Positions 50,240 through 61,090 of a stretch of 64,000 nucleotides of DNA are shown here, piece by piece. A program made the position numbers and the translations under genes. This stretch comes from Verrucomicrobiota bacterium (lineage in GTDB: Bacteria > Verrucomicrobiota > Verrucomicrobiia > Limisphaerales > AAA164-E04). Below the pieces are notes generated by a model. The model worked only from the letters and a program-made list of their open reading frames with translations. It had not been told where the DNA came from and did no database searches. Each line of letters begins with the position of its first letter. Within the stretch, counting starts at the first letter, position 1. The stretch spans positions 4,160,001 to 4,224,000 of the forward strand of contig CP170459.1 of the NCBI GenBank assembly GCA_047947115.1, written 5' to 3'.

Positions 50240-52405
50240 TTATTGCCCATCCTTTTTCAGCGTTCGAACAGAAAGCCCTGCCACGCGCCAATCCCCTGGC
50301 GCCTCAACACCAAGGTGAGGACGCGTATCCAACCTGAGGGATTGTCCTCGTTTTAGCACTCCGAGGTCGCTTAGGATTCCTTGCTGATCTTTGGCGTCAT
50401 TGTCAGCGTCGACACAATAGATGGCCAAAGGATGATGTTCACCTACTGTGTAATATCCACCACACCTTCCACCATCTCCAGCCACCAATGAAACAGATTC
50501 CACCAGGACATCGTGATCAAATCGAAATATCAACGCCTCACTATCATCAACTCTCATAGAACGGCCACCAAAGACCCCGAAACCATCCGCGTGCTTCGTG
50601 AAACCAAAAGTTCGGACCAATTCTCCTTGCCGTTCGAGCGCGATCGTCATGGTTAGTGTCTCCAAGCCATCCTTTTTGTCCAAAATAAACCGACCATTGG
50701 TACCTGGCGCCAATTGAACATTATGTCTCCAATCGTAATTAAAACGCTGCCCCAACGATAGAGCATCAAACCGAAGTCCACCAAGATTGCGCAAGGTCGC
50801 TGCACGATCTGAGATCCATTGAACCAATCCAGCCAAATCAGAACGCTCAAGGAGGTTTTCATTTTCATACCTGTCTTCGGCCAGATTATAGAGCGCAAAG
50901 GGTTGGGCTTTCCCCTCGCGCAGCAACCGCGCGTCGAAAAAAAGCTTCCACTGCCCGTCCATCACTTTACCGTTTACAACGGGCGAATCGATACGAACGG
51001 CACATGCTGCTGGATCGTCTTTGGCTTCTTTGTGATCGTTGAAAAACACTGGCGGATGTTGAAATGAAGACTCACCACGCATGGCAGGCAATACGTTAAA
51101 GCTGTCTTCAGCCCCCTTTTCACCCGCTGCCAGATCCGGCAATGAACTTCCCACCACAGCCGCTAAGGTGGCGAACATGTCTTGCAACGCAATCAAATCC
51201 GCACTTGTTTTACGTGAGGTTCCCATATCACCATCACCCACTCGCCCACGCTTCCAGGCAACGATGAAAGGCACACGATGTCCTCCTTCGAACACCGACG
51301 CCTTGTTGCTGCGAAAAGGACCGGTGGCTGTGTCGGTGTTTTTTTCCGCTCCATTGTCACTGGTAAAGATGACCATCGTGTTATCAAGCAATTTTTGCCC
51401 AGGGCTTCTCGGATCTTCGGTCTCATCCAACCAATCGATCAAACGCCCCAATGCCACATCATTTTCGTAGATAAAGTCATGACGCGTGTCCATTGGCAAA
51501 CCAGACACCGTTCTCGCTGCGCCGGCGACAGGATTGCCGCTTATGTCTGTATCCGGCGTATAAGGGGCATGATTGGAATTGGATGGGTAATAAAGGAAAA
51601 AAGGTTGATCCTTTGAAGATTCACCAGAGATGTGGTTCGTTAAAAACTCCATGGCACTGTTGGAATGACGACTGCCTAGCTTCGACAATACATACGCATC
51701 AGGACTTTCTTCCATCAGGGATCGACCCTTTCCTGATGCGGCCATGACCTCACGACCATGAATGTGGCCCGGGCCGACGTTTTGATTGGGACCATTCCCC
51801 TTTCCAAGGGCATTCCCCGCATCCGGACCTGAAGTCCCGTGCGAACGTGAAGTAATCCGGACAAAATCAAATCCATGATCCAGCGGAGAATCATACAATG
51901 GCTTCGTCAGGTCAGCATCCTTCCATCCCTCCGCAGGCCTTCCATCCGATTGACGAAAGCGCAATCCCACATGCCATTTGCCGACGATTGCCGTCCCATA
52001 CCCCGCCTCGTGCAACATCGTCGCAATGGTTGGCCGATCCCGTTCAATCATCGGGTCGCCCTGCGCGCCAAACAACACCCAGTGTTTCATCCTGCTTCTC
52101 CAGGAATATCTCCCGGTCAGCAAACTATATCGAGTGGTGGTACAACGCGACGATGGCGTATGCGCATCGGTGAACCGGACTCCCATGCGTGCCAGACGAT
52201 CCATATTGGGTGTATGCACCTGGACGGAATCATCATTTCCGGTGAAATCCTGATAAGCGCTGGTGTCCCCCATCCCCATGTCATCCGCCATCATGAGAAT
52301 GATATTGGGTGGTGGGGTTTGGGCTGCATGGCCCCTGAAAGGTGCGTTTGGCCAGAACAAGCCCAAAACCAGCAAGGACAATGCGTTTAAGCTACCATGT
52401 TTCAT
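50240..52405 (-). CDS. Arylsulfatase-family (formylglycine-type) sulfatase with C-terminal extension
   Basis: PNIILMMADDMG, CTTTRYSLLTGRY, GKWHVG, FTSDNG, EGGHRVP; signal peptide. Confidence 0.92.
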   Translation of the reverse strand: MKHGSLNALSLLVLGLFWPNAPFRGHAAQTPPPNIILMMADDMGMGDTSAYQDFTGNDDSVQVHTPNMDRLARMGVRFTDAHTPSSRCTTTRYSLLTGRYSWRSRMKHWVLFGAQGDPMIERDRPTIATMLHEAGYGTAIVGKWHVGLRFRQSDGRPAEGWKDADLTKPLYDSPLDHGFDFVRITSRSHGTSGPDAGNALGKGNGPNQNVGPGHIHGREVMAASGKGRSLMEESPDAYVLSKLGSRHSNSAMEFLTNHISGESSKDQPFFLYYPSNSNHAPYTPDTDISGNPVAGAARTVSGLPMDTRHDFIYENDVALGRLIDWLDETEDPRSPGQKLLDNTMVIFTSDNGAEKNTDTATGPFRSNKASVFEGGHRVPFIVAWKRGRVGDGDMGTSRKTSADLIALQDMFATLAAVVGSSLPDLAAGEKGAEDSFNVLPAMRGESSFQHPPVFFNDHKEAKDDPAACAVRIDSPVVNGKVMDGQWKLFFDARLLREGKAQPFALYNLAEDRYENENLLERSDLAGLVQWISDRAATLRNLGGLRFDALSLGQRFNYDWRHNVQLAPGTNGRFILDKKDGLETLTMTIALERQGELVRTFGFTKHADGFGVFGGRSMRVDDSEALIFRFDHDVLVESVSLVAGDGGRCGGYYTVGEHHPLAIYCVDADNDAKDQQGILSDLGVLKRGQSLRLDTRPHLGVEAPGDWRVAGLSVRTLKKDGQ

Positions 52406-52500
52406 GATGGGTTTTCTTTGGGAAATTAATCCAGGACTGGTCTGCGGAACCCATTTGGCATGGAGGAAGGTTTCAATCCCAGTTCAACATCATTCTTGTT

Positions 52501-55500
52501 TTACAGAGAGTCCAGATACTTCAATAATTCAATCACCTGCCGCTCGTTCAAACCGTCCAGCAAACCCTCGGGCATCATGGAATGGGTGGCGAGCTTTCGG
52601 GTGGCGATGGCATTTTTGTCGATACTGATGTTGTCCGTGAGTGTGCGCAGAACAACACCTGTTTCGCTTTCGCTGACAAACAAACCTGAAATCGTTTCCC
52701 CATCCATCCGTTCAATCTCGGTTACCTGATAATTCTGGCCGATGACGGCGTTGGGATCGATGATGTTTTCCAGGAAATAACGACTCCCGCTCGAACCAGC
52801 ACCGTCCAGGTCCGGCCCTATAGCCGTCCCTTCACCGTTTACGCGATGGCACGTACTGCATAACAATTGAAAATGCTGCTTTCCTTCATTCGCACTGTAG
52901 GCCCATAAAGGTGCTTCGCTGAAGATATGCTGGAGGGCATCAATCTTCCCGGCTTTTTCTTCCGATGTTTGGGTAATAGTTCCCCAAATCTGACCGATGC
53001 GATCATTCACCGACGGAGCGTTCAACTGCTGCAACTGGCGGAGATAAAACGCGGTCAGCAAATCCCGGTCCACTTCCTCAGCAATCACGGCATCCAAAAG
53101 CGGAACAGCAAGACTCGTCCGGGCTGTCAGTGTATTGAAGGCAGCCACCTTATCCTTGCCTTCAAAACGCGGCAATCTTTCGAGCAACGCCGCAGCACTG
53201 TCCGGGTGATCGAATCGAGCCAGCAAATTGATGGCTTGTGTTTGGAATTCAGCTTCATCCAGCAATCCTATAAAAAGAGGCACGGATGATTCATCTCCTG
53301 ATTTATTCAAGATCTCGAGTGCGTGCATGCGTTCTTCGAGGGGACGTCCCTTGTCGACGAGCATGTCCCGCATCTTGGGAAGTAATGTTCGATCCCCGAA
53401 CAGGGCGGAAACTTTCTCAGCCGGCAGGCGCACCGCGTCGTCTGAACTTCGATACAATTTAGATGCCACACTGGCCCAACCACGCGGCATCGGCACTCGA
53501 CTCTCGTTTCTCAATGCCAGATGAATCGCTCCCATCAAACGACCCCGATCTTCCGCACGCGAACGATCGAGGTGCGTAATGGCACGGTCCAGAGCCGCCC
53601 CTTTGAGCTTCGCGGCATACCAGACGATGTAGTCCTTCAACACAGGAATCACCTGCCCTTCCTGTTCGATCCACTGAAACACACGATCCAGGTTGTTCGG
53701 CATTTTCTGGGCTACAGCAAACCAGATCATGGACGGCACATATCGATCGTGCACGTCCTCCGTATGCCGGATCAAAACTTCAAGAAGATCCCACGCAGGC
53801 TCCCCGGACAGACGCATGGCGGCAGAAGCCAGACGAAGGCGCACAAATGAAGAAGGATCACTCTGGGCCAGGAGGATCAATTGCCCCAATGGGGACAAAG
53901 GAGCTTGTTCCAGACTCGTCAACAACTCGACGGCACCCGCTCGAATATACTCCGACTCATCACCAAGGTAGGCATTCCAATCCCGATCGCCGATACCGCC
54001 ACAAACATACAACGCCCACAAGGCCCGCAAACGACGATTCACATCCGAGTGCTCCAACGACATCGTGCGCAACACATCCAACGCCTCCTCGGCAATGACT
54101 CCTTTCTGTGCCCGCTCATGCAAGAGGCGACGCGCCGTACGGGCATACCACGCGTTTTGATGCAGTTGCATCCAGGCCAGATCACGATCCGATTTGTTAC
54201 TGAGATTCACCAGAACCGGTTTGAAGGTGCGATCATACTGAACACGATAAACACGCCCGTTACTCCGATCCCATTGCTCGCTGTTTGGATTGTGACAATG
54301 CTGGGTGTCATACCAATCATTGATATAAACCGCCCCATCCGGACCATACTTCAAATCAATGGCAATATAACGTGGATCGGAACAAAAAAGAACATCCTGA
54401 CCGGCATGCACGGTGTTGTAAGCGGAACCATCACGCTCATTCACCTGCACATTCATTTGATGACCATGAAGATTGTGAGTGTAAAGACGATCCCGATACT
54501 CGCTTGGCCAATTGTCCCCCTGATACAGCATGGTACCAATGTGGGAATGTCCCCCGTAAACCCGACGTGTTCCCCTTGCCCCAGCTCCACCTTCTCCATG
54601 ACCATAACGCGCCGAAGCCAGCAGGAAATTTCTGAAGTGACTCAGTTCTTCGGGCGGATAGGGCTCGATGTAGTCGGGGTAATGCGCATTGGCCTGATTC
54701 CAGTAATGCCCGCCACGCACCACGTGAGTGGTTAATCCTTTCCCCCAATAACTGCGGCAATGCGTCATGAACCATTGCCCGTGGTGATCGTAATCCAATC
54801 CCCACTGATTGCTCCCTCCGTGAGCATACACTTCGAAACGATGATGCACTGGATGATACCGCCACACTCCGGCCCGCATCTCCGTTCGTTCCTCAACCGG
54901 AGCACCGGGTTTGCCGATTTGAGAATAATTAAACACCCCCTGATTGCCATACAACCAACCATCCGGCCCCCAAATGAAACTGTTCAACGTTTCGTGTGTG
55001 TCCTGAAACCCAAAACCATCCAATAACACCTGAGCCGGCCCATCCGGTTTGTCATCCTGATCCGCATCAGGAATGAACAACAACTGCGGCGCCGCGCCGA
55101 TCCAGACACCGCCATACCCCACTTCGATGCCACTAACCAGATTCAAACCTTCTGTGAAAACCGTACGCTTCTCAAACGAACCATCCCCATCATAATCCTC
55201 CAGAATCACCACTCGATCCTTACCTTCACCCTCAGGGCGTTTGGCCGGATAACTCAGCGCCTCCACCACCCACAAACGCCCCAATTCATCAAAGGTGAAG
55301 GCGATTGGTTGAACAATGTCAGGTTCGGCCGCGACCAACTCGGCTTTAAAACCTTCGGGTAGATAAATTTGATTGATTGTGGCGACCCTCTCTCCGCTGC
55401 TGTTGGACGCATCAACGGGATTCGACCGAAGATGCTTGAGGATATCGACCTCATCCAAACGCGCCGGACGCAACTCAGCGGCCCTGGACTGCCAAGACAT

Positions 55501-55536
55501 CCAACACAGGACAAAAATAAACAAACGAAGAATCAT
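52501..55536 (-). CDS. PVC-type membrane-bound dehydrogenase-domain / haem c (CxxCH) protein
   Basis: LPEGFKAELVAAEPDIVQP, WGPDGWLYG, HEAT-like repeats, CSTCH, GPDL, SMMPEGLL. Confidence 0.92.
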   Translation of the reverse strand: MILRLFIFVLCWMSWQSRAAELRPARLDEVDILKHLRSNPVDASNSSGERVATINQIYLPEGFKAELVAAEPDIVQPIAFTFDELGRLWVVEALSYPAKRPEGEGKDRVVILEDYDGDGSFEKRTVFTEGLNLVSGIEVGYGGVWIGAAPQLLFIPDADQDDKPDGPAQVLLDGFGFQDTHETLNSFIWGPDGWLYGNQGVFNYSQIGKPGAPVEERTEMRAGVWRYHPVHHRFEVYAHGGSNQWGLDYDHHGQWFMTHCRSYWGKGLTTHVVRGGHYWNQANAHYPDYIEPYPPEELSHFRNFLLASARYGHGEGGAGARGTRRVYGGHSHIGTMLYQGDNWPSEYRDRLYTHNLHGHQMNVQVNERDGSAYNTVHAGQDVLFCSDPRYIAIDLKYGPDGAVYINDWYDTQHCHNPNSEQWDRSNGRVYRVQYDRTFKPVLVNLSNKSDRDLAWMQLHQNAWYARTARRLLHERAQKGVIAEEALDVLRTMSLEHSDVNRRLRALWALYVCGGIGDRDWNAYLGDESEYIRAGAVELLTSLEQAPLSPLGQLILLAQSDPSSFVRLRLASAAMRLSGEPAWDLLEVLIRHTEDVHDRYVPSMIWFAVAQKMPNNLDRVFQWIEQEGQVIPVLKDYIVWYAAKLKGAALDRAITHLDRSRAEDRGRLMGAIHLALRNESRVPMPRGWASVASKLYRSSDDAVRLPAEKVSALFGDRTLLPKMRDMLVDKGRPLEERMHALEILNKSGDESSVPLFIGLLDEAEFQTQAINLLARFDHPDSAAALLERLPRFEGKDKVAAFNTLTARTSLAVPLLDAVIAEEVDRDLLTAFYLRQLQQLNAPSVNDRIGQIWGTITQTSEEKAGKIDALQHIFSEAPLWAYSANEGKQHFQLLCSTCHRVNGEGTAIGPDLDGAGSSGSRYFLENIIDPNAVIGQNYQVTEIERMDGETISGLFVSESETGVVLRTLTDNISIDKNAIATRKLATHSMMPEGLLDGLNERQVIELLKYLDSL

Positions 55537-55607
55537 GCCTCTTATTAAAACAGAGCGCGCAGCTTGTCAAAGGAAGGAGGAATGGAAAGTACCGCCCGGA
55601 ACTTCTA

Positions 55608-56669
55608 ACCATGGACAGGATTTTCCGGATTAGATGAAACAAGTAGCCGCGCTTACCAAAGCGTGGACCATCAACGTTCCCGGATTCCCTGAGCATTTTC
55701 CTTTTTTAGACACCATGAACAGGATTCACCGGATAAGATGAAACAAGTAGCCGCGCCTGCCAAAGCGTGGACCACCAACGTTCCCGGATTCCCTGAGCAT
55801 TTTCCTTTTTCAGACAGGATGAACAAGATTCACCGGATAAGATGAAACAAGTAGCCGCGCCTGCCAAAGAGTGGACCACCAACGTTCCCGGATTCCCTGA
55901 ACATTTTCCTTTTTTAGACACCATGAACAGGATTCACCGGATAAGATGAAACAAGTAGCCGCGCTTGCCAAAGCGTGGGCCACCAACATTCCCGGATTCC
56001 CTGAGCATTTTCCTTTTTTAGACACCATGAACAGGATTCACCGGATAAGATGAAACAAGCAGCCGCGCTTGCCAAAGCGTGGACCACCAACATTCCCGGA
56101 TTCCCTGAGTATTTTCCTTTTTCAGACACGATGAACAGGATTCGCCGGATAAGATGAAACAAGTAGCCGCGCTTGCCAAAGCGTGGACCACCAACGTTCC
56201 CGGATTCCCTGAGTATTTTCCTTTTTCAGACACCATGAACAGGATTCACCGGATAAGATGAAACAAGTAGCCGCGCTTGCCAAAGCGTGGACCACCAACG
56301 TTCCCGGATTCCCTGAGCATTTTCCTTTTTCAGACACCATGAACAGGATTCACCGGATAAGATGAAACAAGTAGCCGCGCTTGCCAAAGCGTGGACCACC
56401 AACGTTCCCGGATTTCCTGAGCATTTTCCTTTTTTAGGCACGATGAACAGGATTCACCGGAAAAGATGAAACAAGTAGCCGCGCTTGCCAAAACGTGGAC
56501 CACCAACCTTTCCGGATTCCCTGAGCATTTCCCTTTTTAGACACCATGAACAGGATTCACCGGAAAAGATGAAACAAGTAGCCGCGCTTGCCAAAGCGTG
56601 GACCACCAACCTTTCCGGATTCCCTGAGCATTTTCCTTTTTAGCCACGATGAACAGGATTCACTGGATA
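55608..56669. repeat. Tandem array of ten 104-bp units (+ partial), each carrying a GTAG-REP hairpin
   Basis: Core G(T/C)AGCCGCG(C/T)TTGCCAAAGCGTGG at 55643, 55747, 55851, 55955, 56059, 56163, 56267, 56371, 56475 and 56578. Confidence 0.97.
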
Positions 56670-56702
56670 TCTTTTTTGGGTAAAAGCAAACCCTTTTTGA
56701 TT

Positions 56703-56732
56703 TTGACACAAGGTAAACGAAATCCGTATGAT
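56703..56732 (+). promoter_or_regulatory. Sigma70 promoter of tRNA-Ala
   Basis: TTGACA-18-TATGAT, ~50 bp upstream of the tRNA. Confidence 0.7.
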
Positions 56733-56780
56733 CAGCCCACAGTCAAGGAAACAAACCACCTTGGCCGAACCTTTTTGGAT

Positions 56781-56853
56781 GGGGTCATAGCTCAGTTGGT
56801 AGAGCGTCTCGTTCGCAATGAGAAGGTCTGGGGTTCGACTCCCCATGGCTCCA
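56781..56853 (+). tRNA. tRNA-Ala(CGC)
   Basis: Cloverleaf: acceptor GGGGTCA/TGGCTCC with G3:U70, D arm, anticodon loop TTCGCAA, GGTTCGACTC T arm. CCA is not encoded. Confidence 0.96.
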
Positions 56854-57008
56854 CAAAATCCTCCCGTTTTTCGCCCATTTATCCCCCTTTTTCGCAGGTT
56901 GTTAGATGAGTTTAAGACAGTTAATTAGGCTTACTACTGAAATCTGCACCACCGGGCAATTCAGTGAAGTTCCAGGCAAGGAAACCAAATAAATGCCAAA
57001 TTTTTTGG

Positions 57009-57034
57009 GTAGGGCGTGACGTCCTCGGCGCGCC
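57009..57034 (+). repeat. Single GTAG-headed REP-like palindrome
   Basis: GTAGGGCGTGACGTCCTCGGCGCGCC, similar to the REPs at 49895/50191. Confidence 0.55.
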
Positions 57035-57276
57035 AAAACAAGAGTTGAGCAAAGCGATGCATTATCCCGGATAACTCAGGCGAACCCTTGACCTTATTGC
57101 CGTGATGTTTTCTGCTTCATAGTTACCAAACTTGACGCTCTAAATTCCCCAAAACAAAAGGGCTTCCCTAATTCACACGATTTCACTAGCATTCAGCTCG
57201 TCACAAACCAGTTAAGAGAATTGCACAAGAATGCCACGACAAGCGAAATCAGCGACGAAGAAGGATGCCACAGCCA

Positions 57277-58754
57277 GATCGGTGTGAAACATTCAGATCA
57301 TAACTATGCGTAGAGTTGCCGAAGACGGGCCGCCATTTGCCACGTCTCGGAGTCTAAGAAGAAATAGGCCCTCAGAGTGCGGAAGAATTTCAAACTTCGT
57401 TTAGTGAACCTTCGGACGCGATCATACACATTGAACCATTGACGGCCCGCCGCTTTAGCCACCTTTTTCATTTTCTTCAACCGGTCTTCACGACGTTTTT
57501 CTTCCGCTTCGTTGACCACACCATGATCCCGTTCCAAAGTATCTTCCATGAGCAGACTCAAATTGTGAGCCATGCATATCATCTGGGCTTGAATTGATTT
57601 GGCGTTCATTGATTTCGCCCACGCTTTTTGTTCAACTAATGCATTTTTGATCTGGTCGAAGACTTTCTCAATATCCCAACGCATACGATAGATCTGAACC
57701 AGGATTCCAGCACTGAGGGTCATTTCATTTGTGATAAATGTGCAGGGGTTGCCACTCTCTGGATCGATGCACTCAATTTTCCGTAGCACGTTCTTTTTAT
57801 CGAAAATAATTCGTTGGTCAGAGGTGACTCCCCGGTTGAGTGAGTCTTTCTTGTCAACGGGAAGATCATCGTTAATCTCGTAACTGGCATTCTCCTTGAT
57901 GCGTGTAAGAAAATAGACACCGCCCTGTTGTTTGCATTCGGCCCAAAAAGCAAAATCAGTACATGCCGAATCCCAAGCAATCAGTAATTTTTCACCGGTT
58001 CGTGCATGCGCATGCTTGCGCAGTTCTTTCCAACCGGCCCGTTTGAGCGCCCGCATGTCATGCTCATGTTTGCGATCCACCTGATCGGCGCTTTTCATAT
58101 GGGTTAACGCATGAGAACGTAAGTTGAGCAGGTAAAAATGTCCGGCCGCCCACTTCTTACCATCCTTTCGCTCTTCATGAGGACTTGCACCATGCCAGTG
58201 TCCATCTCCGGCATAAATGTGGAACTTGCGAAGTTCATCGTATTGAGCCAAAGGATCCTCGATTTGGTCAGCTACTTTGCGTGCGAGTTTGTCATTGGCT
58301 TCGGTTGCCAGGGAAAGTCGGCGTTTGCTCCTGAGGGAAGCAAAGAAAGTCTGCAGACAAAGATCCAATTTGAAAAGAGGAGAGTATTGCTGGAGAAACC
58401 CACGTCCGGATTTAGCGTCAAGAAGGACACGGCTAATTCCAAGTTGCAGCCACTTCAAGTCCGGTAATTCAGGGCATTCCCTTTTGTGGCGACACGTATG
58501 AAAAACCTCAACTAAAGGTTTGAAGAATTTGCAGAAAACGTTAGTATTTAATAGATTACTGTCGACCATGCGAATTTACAAGGGCACCAACGAGTTACAG
58601 CTAGCTAAAAATGTAACAAAAACCATATTTTCTCGCGGTTTCACCAGAAAAATCAGTTTTAAAGCCCTTGCAGATCGAACCTCTTAGATCCGCCCTCAGG
58701 CCTCGAATTTGCCATTTCAACCCTTCTTTTTGAAATCAAAGTTTCACACCGATC
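57277..58754 (-). mobile_element. IS4-family element (different from the 26418 element)
   Basis: 14-bp perfect terminal IRs GATCGGTGTGAAAC / GTTTCACACCGATC; no obvious target duplication. Confidence 0.85.
57304..58569 (-). CDS. IS4-family DDE transposase
   Basis: YAGDGH, AWDSA, YRMRWDIEKVFDQIK signature. Confidence 0.9.
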   Translation of the reverse strand: MVDSNLLNTNVFCKFFKPLVEVFHTCRHKRECPELPDLKWLQLGISRVLLDAKSGRGFLQQYSPLFKLDLCLQTFFASLRSKRRLSLATEANDKLARKVADQIEDPLAQYDELRKFHIYAGDGHWHGASPHEERKDGKKWAAGHFYLLNLRSHALTHMKSADQVDRKHEHDMRALKRAGWKELRKHAHARTGEKLLIAWDSACTDFAFWAECKQQGGVYFLTRIKENASYEINDDLPVDKKDSLNRGVTSDQRIIFDKKNVLRKIECIDPESGNPCTFITNEMTLSAGILVQIYRMRWDIEKVFDQIKNALVEQKAWAKSMNAKSIQAQMICMAHNLSLLMEDTLERDHGVVNEAEEKRREDRLKKMKKVAKAAGRQWFNVYDRVRRFTKRSLKFFRTLRAYFFLDSETWQMAARLRQLYA

Positions 58755-58810
58755 CCCTGAGCGCATACATGTCATTAGATACATTACCCGAACTAAAGTG
58801 TGTTTAAATA

Positions 58811-59356
58811 TTAAACTCCCCCCTTAATTAACCCCTTTTCCACGAGCGCGGCGCGAAGCTCATTAACTAGGGTGATGACAGAGGTGAGGTCTGTTGCTAC
58901 GGACTGATCTGCCCCGGCCCTCTGGCTCGTCGGAGTGGCGCCATGAAACCCGATTTTGGCTGTAGTATCGGCCCCTATCCCAATCTCCCAAGAGTATCCG
59001 CCAGCATGGCGTTTCAAGACTCCGTCGGTCACGTTCCAAATCAAGTATCCGGTCGAGATCGTCCCTGAAGCCGTATCATCCGTAACCGCCGCAGGGCGAA
59101 TCTGCTTCCACGTTCCCGGCGTCCCAGCAACCGAGCAAACCCACTCCCCACCCAAGGCATCCCGCCAGAACTCATCGGCGCCGTGATCCCCTGTCGTCGG
59201 TGGACCAATGATTGTGGTCGGCGTCCCGTTCTGGTAGCTTGGTTCTCGTTTGGCCGTCTCGCCCGCAAGGATCTCGAAATTGTCCTGAACCAGTGTCATG
59301 AAGTTGGCTGCGTTTTCAACGTATTTAAGTCGTGTGTGTGGAGGTATGGTTGCCAT
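58811..59356 (-). CDS. Hypothetical protein, phage virion/fibre-like
   Basis: Thr/Gly-rich; ends KIGFHGATPTSQRAGADQ...VNELRAALVEKGLI, a pattern I associate with phage fibre proteins. Start set at ATG 59356. Confidence 0.5.
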   Translation of the reverse strand: MATIPPHTRLKYVENAANFMTLVQDNFEILAGETAKREPSYQNGTPTTIIGPPTTGDHGADEFWRDALGGEWVCSVAGTPGTWKQIRPAAVTDDTASGTISTGYLIWNVTDGVLKRHAGGYSWEIGIGADTTAKIGFHGATPTSQRAGADQSVATDLTSVITLVNELRAALVEKGLIKGGV

Positions 59357-59685
59357 GCGGTTTATGCTTTCTTTACTGAGATTTGATCGTAATCGAGTCT
59401 TCGAAATCCTTCGCGCTCGGAGTAGCCGCGGAGGAAGAAATCGGTTTCTGCGCCAAGGATGGCGACAAGGTCGGCTTTTATGATGACAGGACGGATCAAA
59501 GCGCGGTATGACCGGAATACAATAAATGGCAGAATATTTGGGGGTTTTGAGAAGAACCCTTGCTTCCCTGAGTCCTATCTGGCAGCTTTCCAATGTGGGA
59601 TTACCCCTCTTCCAGTTTCAGACTCCGGACCAAACTCCCCGGAAGGCCGGAAATCGGTTTCCTATCAACGAAATAGGTTAACTCA

Positions 59686-60753
59686 ATGCAAAATTCCAAT
59701 TCTTGGAGGGAACGGCTCCGGCCTTATACAGTCAAATCAAATGCTCTTGCCTCTTGGCAGGTTTTGAACACTCTTATCCCATTTGTATTACTATGGACTG
59801 CGTACGCCTATTTGGCTGACGTTTCCCTTCTTTTTGCAATCCCCTTTGTCCTGGTGATCTGTCCTTTTCTCCTGCGCTGTTTTGTCTTGATGCATGATTG
59901 CGGACACAATTCATTGTTCAGATCCACGCGCGCCAATCAGTTGGTGGGTTTTTTGTTCGGGGTCATCACCGGCATGCCGCAAGCCGTTTGGTCGAAAAAC
60001 CATGCTTACCATCATCAAACCAATGGTGACTGGGTCAATTACAAGGGCGTCTTTAATATCCTTTCAACAGACAAATACGATACACTGTCTAAAAGCGCAC
60101 AAAGGCGTTATTGGCTGTTTCGGCAACCGCTGATTCTTATTCCGGCAGGATTTTTCTACGTGCTGTTTAACCCTCGGTTCAATTGGCTCCTGGGAACGCT
60201 CATCATGTTAGGGAAAATCAGCCGACGGCTTTTAACATTCCGTCTGTCCGAGGCAAGAAGTGTCGCCAACCAATGGAAAACCAAATTCTGGAAAAACAAG
60301 AACGATTATCTGCACATGACTTGCAATAACCTGGTCTTACTCTCAATTTGGATCATCATGTGCATGGCTATGGGAACGGGTGAATTCTTTTTTCTGTACA
60401 TCATTTCAACATCTCTGGCCGGCTCCATCGGAATTTTGATTTTTACCATTCAACATAACTTCGAGGACTCCTATGCGACCGACACGGCCCACGTGGATCA
60501 TTATCGGGCGGCACTCGAAGGAACCAGCATGTTGGTTCTTCCAAAAGTTCTGAATTGGTTTACCGCCGACATCGCCTACCACCATCTGCACCATCTGTCG
60601 GTCGCCATTCCGAATTATCGCCTGGCTTCCTGCCATAAAGAGTTGGAATCTTTGTTCGTCGGAGTCAAGCGAGTCGGCCTGAAAGATCTCTTGGGCACTT
60701 TTAAGTATCAACTTTGGGATCCCGAACAGCAGAAGGTCGTCAGCAGGTATTGA
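59686..60753 (+). CDS. Membrane fatty acid desaturase
   Basis: Three His boxes HDCGH, HAYHH and HHLHH; IPNYRL; TM helices. Confidence 0.93.
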   Translation: MQNSNSWRERLRPYTVKSNALASWQVLNTLIPFVLLWTAYAYLADVSLLFAIPFVLVICPFLLRCFVLMHDCGHNSLFRSTRANQLVGFLFGVITGMPQAVWSKNHAYHHQTNGDWVNYKGVFNILSTDKYDTLSKSAQRRYWLFRQPLILIPAGFFYVLFNPRFNWLLGTLIMLGKISRRLLTFRLSEARSVANQWKTKFWKNKNDYLHMTCNNLVLLSIWIIMCMAMGTGEFFFLYIISTSLAGSIGILIFTIQHNFEDSYATDTAHVDHYRAALEGTSMLVLPKVLNWFTADIAYHHLHHLSVAIPNYRLASCHKELESLFVGVKRVGLKDLLGTFKYQLWDPEQQKVVSRY

Positions 60754-61090
60754 AAATCGGCTCAGAACCGTGGAAGCTCAAGGCTTATTCATGGGCCTTT
60801 GAAACTGTTTGAACAGGTAATTCACTGTTAACTTTCCAGGCACCATCAGAGGCTGTCAAAAGCCCCACGTTGATCCCCCCCTTTTCCGCATAGCGCGGCA
60901 ATCGGCTGAACCCAGCTCCGAACGATTCTCAGTCAGAGCATACTAATCAGATGCAATATGAATAAGCTTACACATATTCTGACTAGGTTTACGATTTCAT
61001 TCTCGTGCTTCGGACTATGGGCACTGCTCAATATCCTTCGCAATTTGTCGGTTCACAGCACTCAAGCACTTCCTGTGTTCTCCATGCTTC

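Noticed and set aside
55706..56441. Series of 71-82 aa ORFs (MVSKKGKCSGNPG...)
   Set aside because: By-products of the 104-bp repeat; the period is not a multiple of 3 and the ORFs overlap in shifting frames.
55608..56669. CRISPR array
   Set aside because: The sequence between hairpins is near-identical in every unit, so there are no unique spacers, and no cas genes are present in the window.
60945..60985. Imperfect palindrome AATATG-AA-TAAGCTTA-CA-CATATT as a dif or recombination site
   Set aside because: It does not match the XerC/XerD dif consensus and has no second copy in the window.
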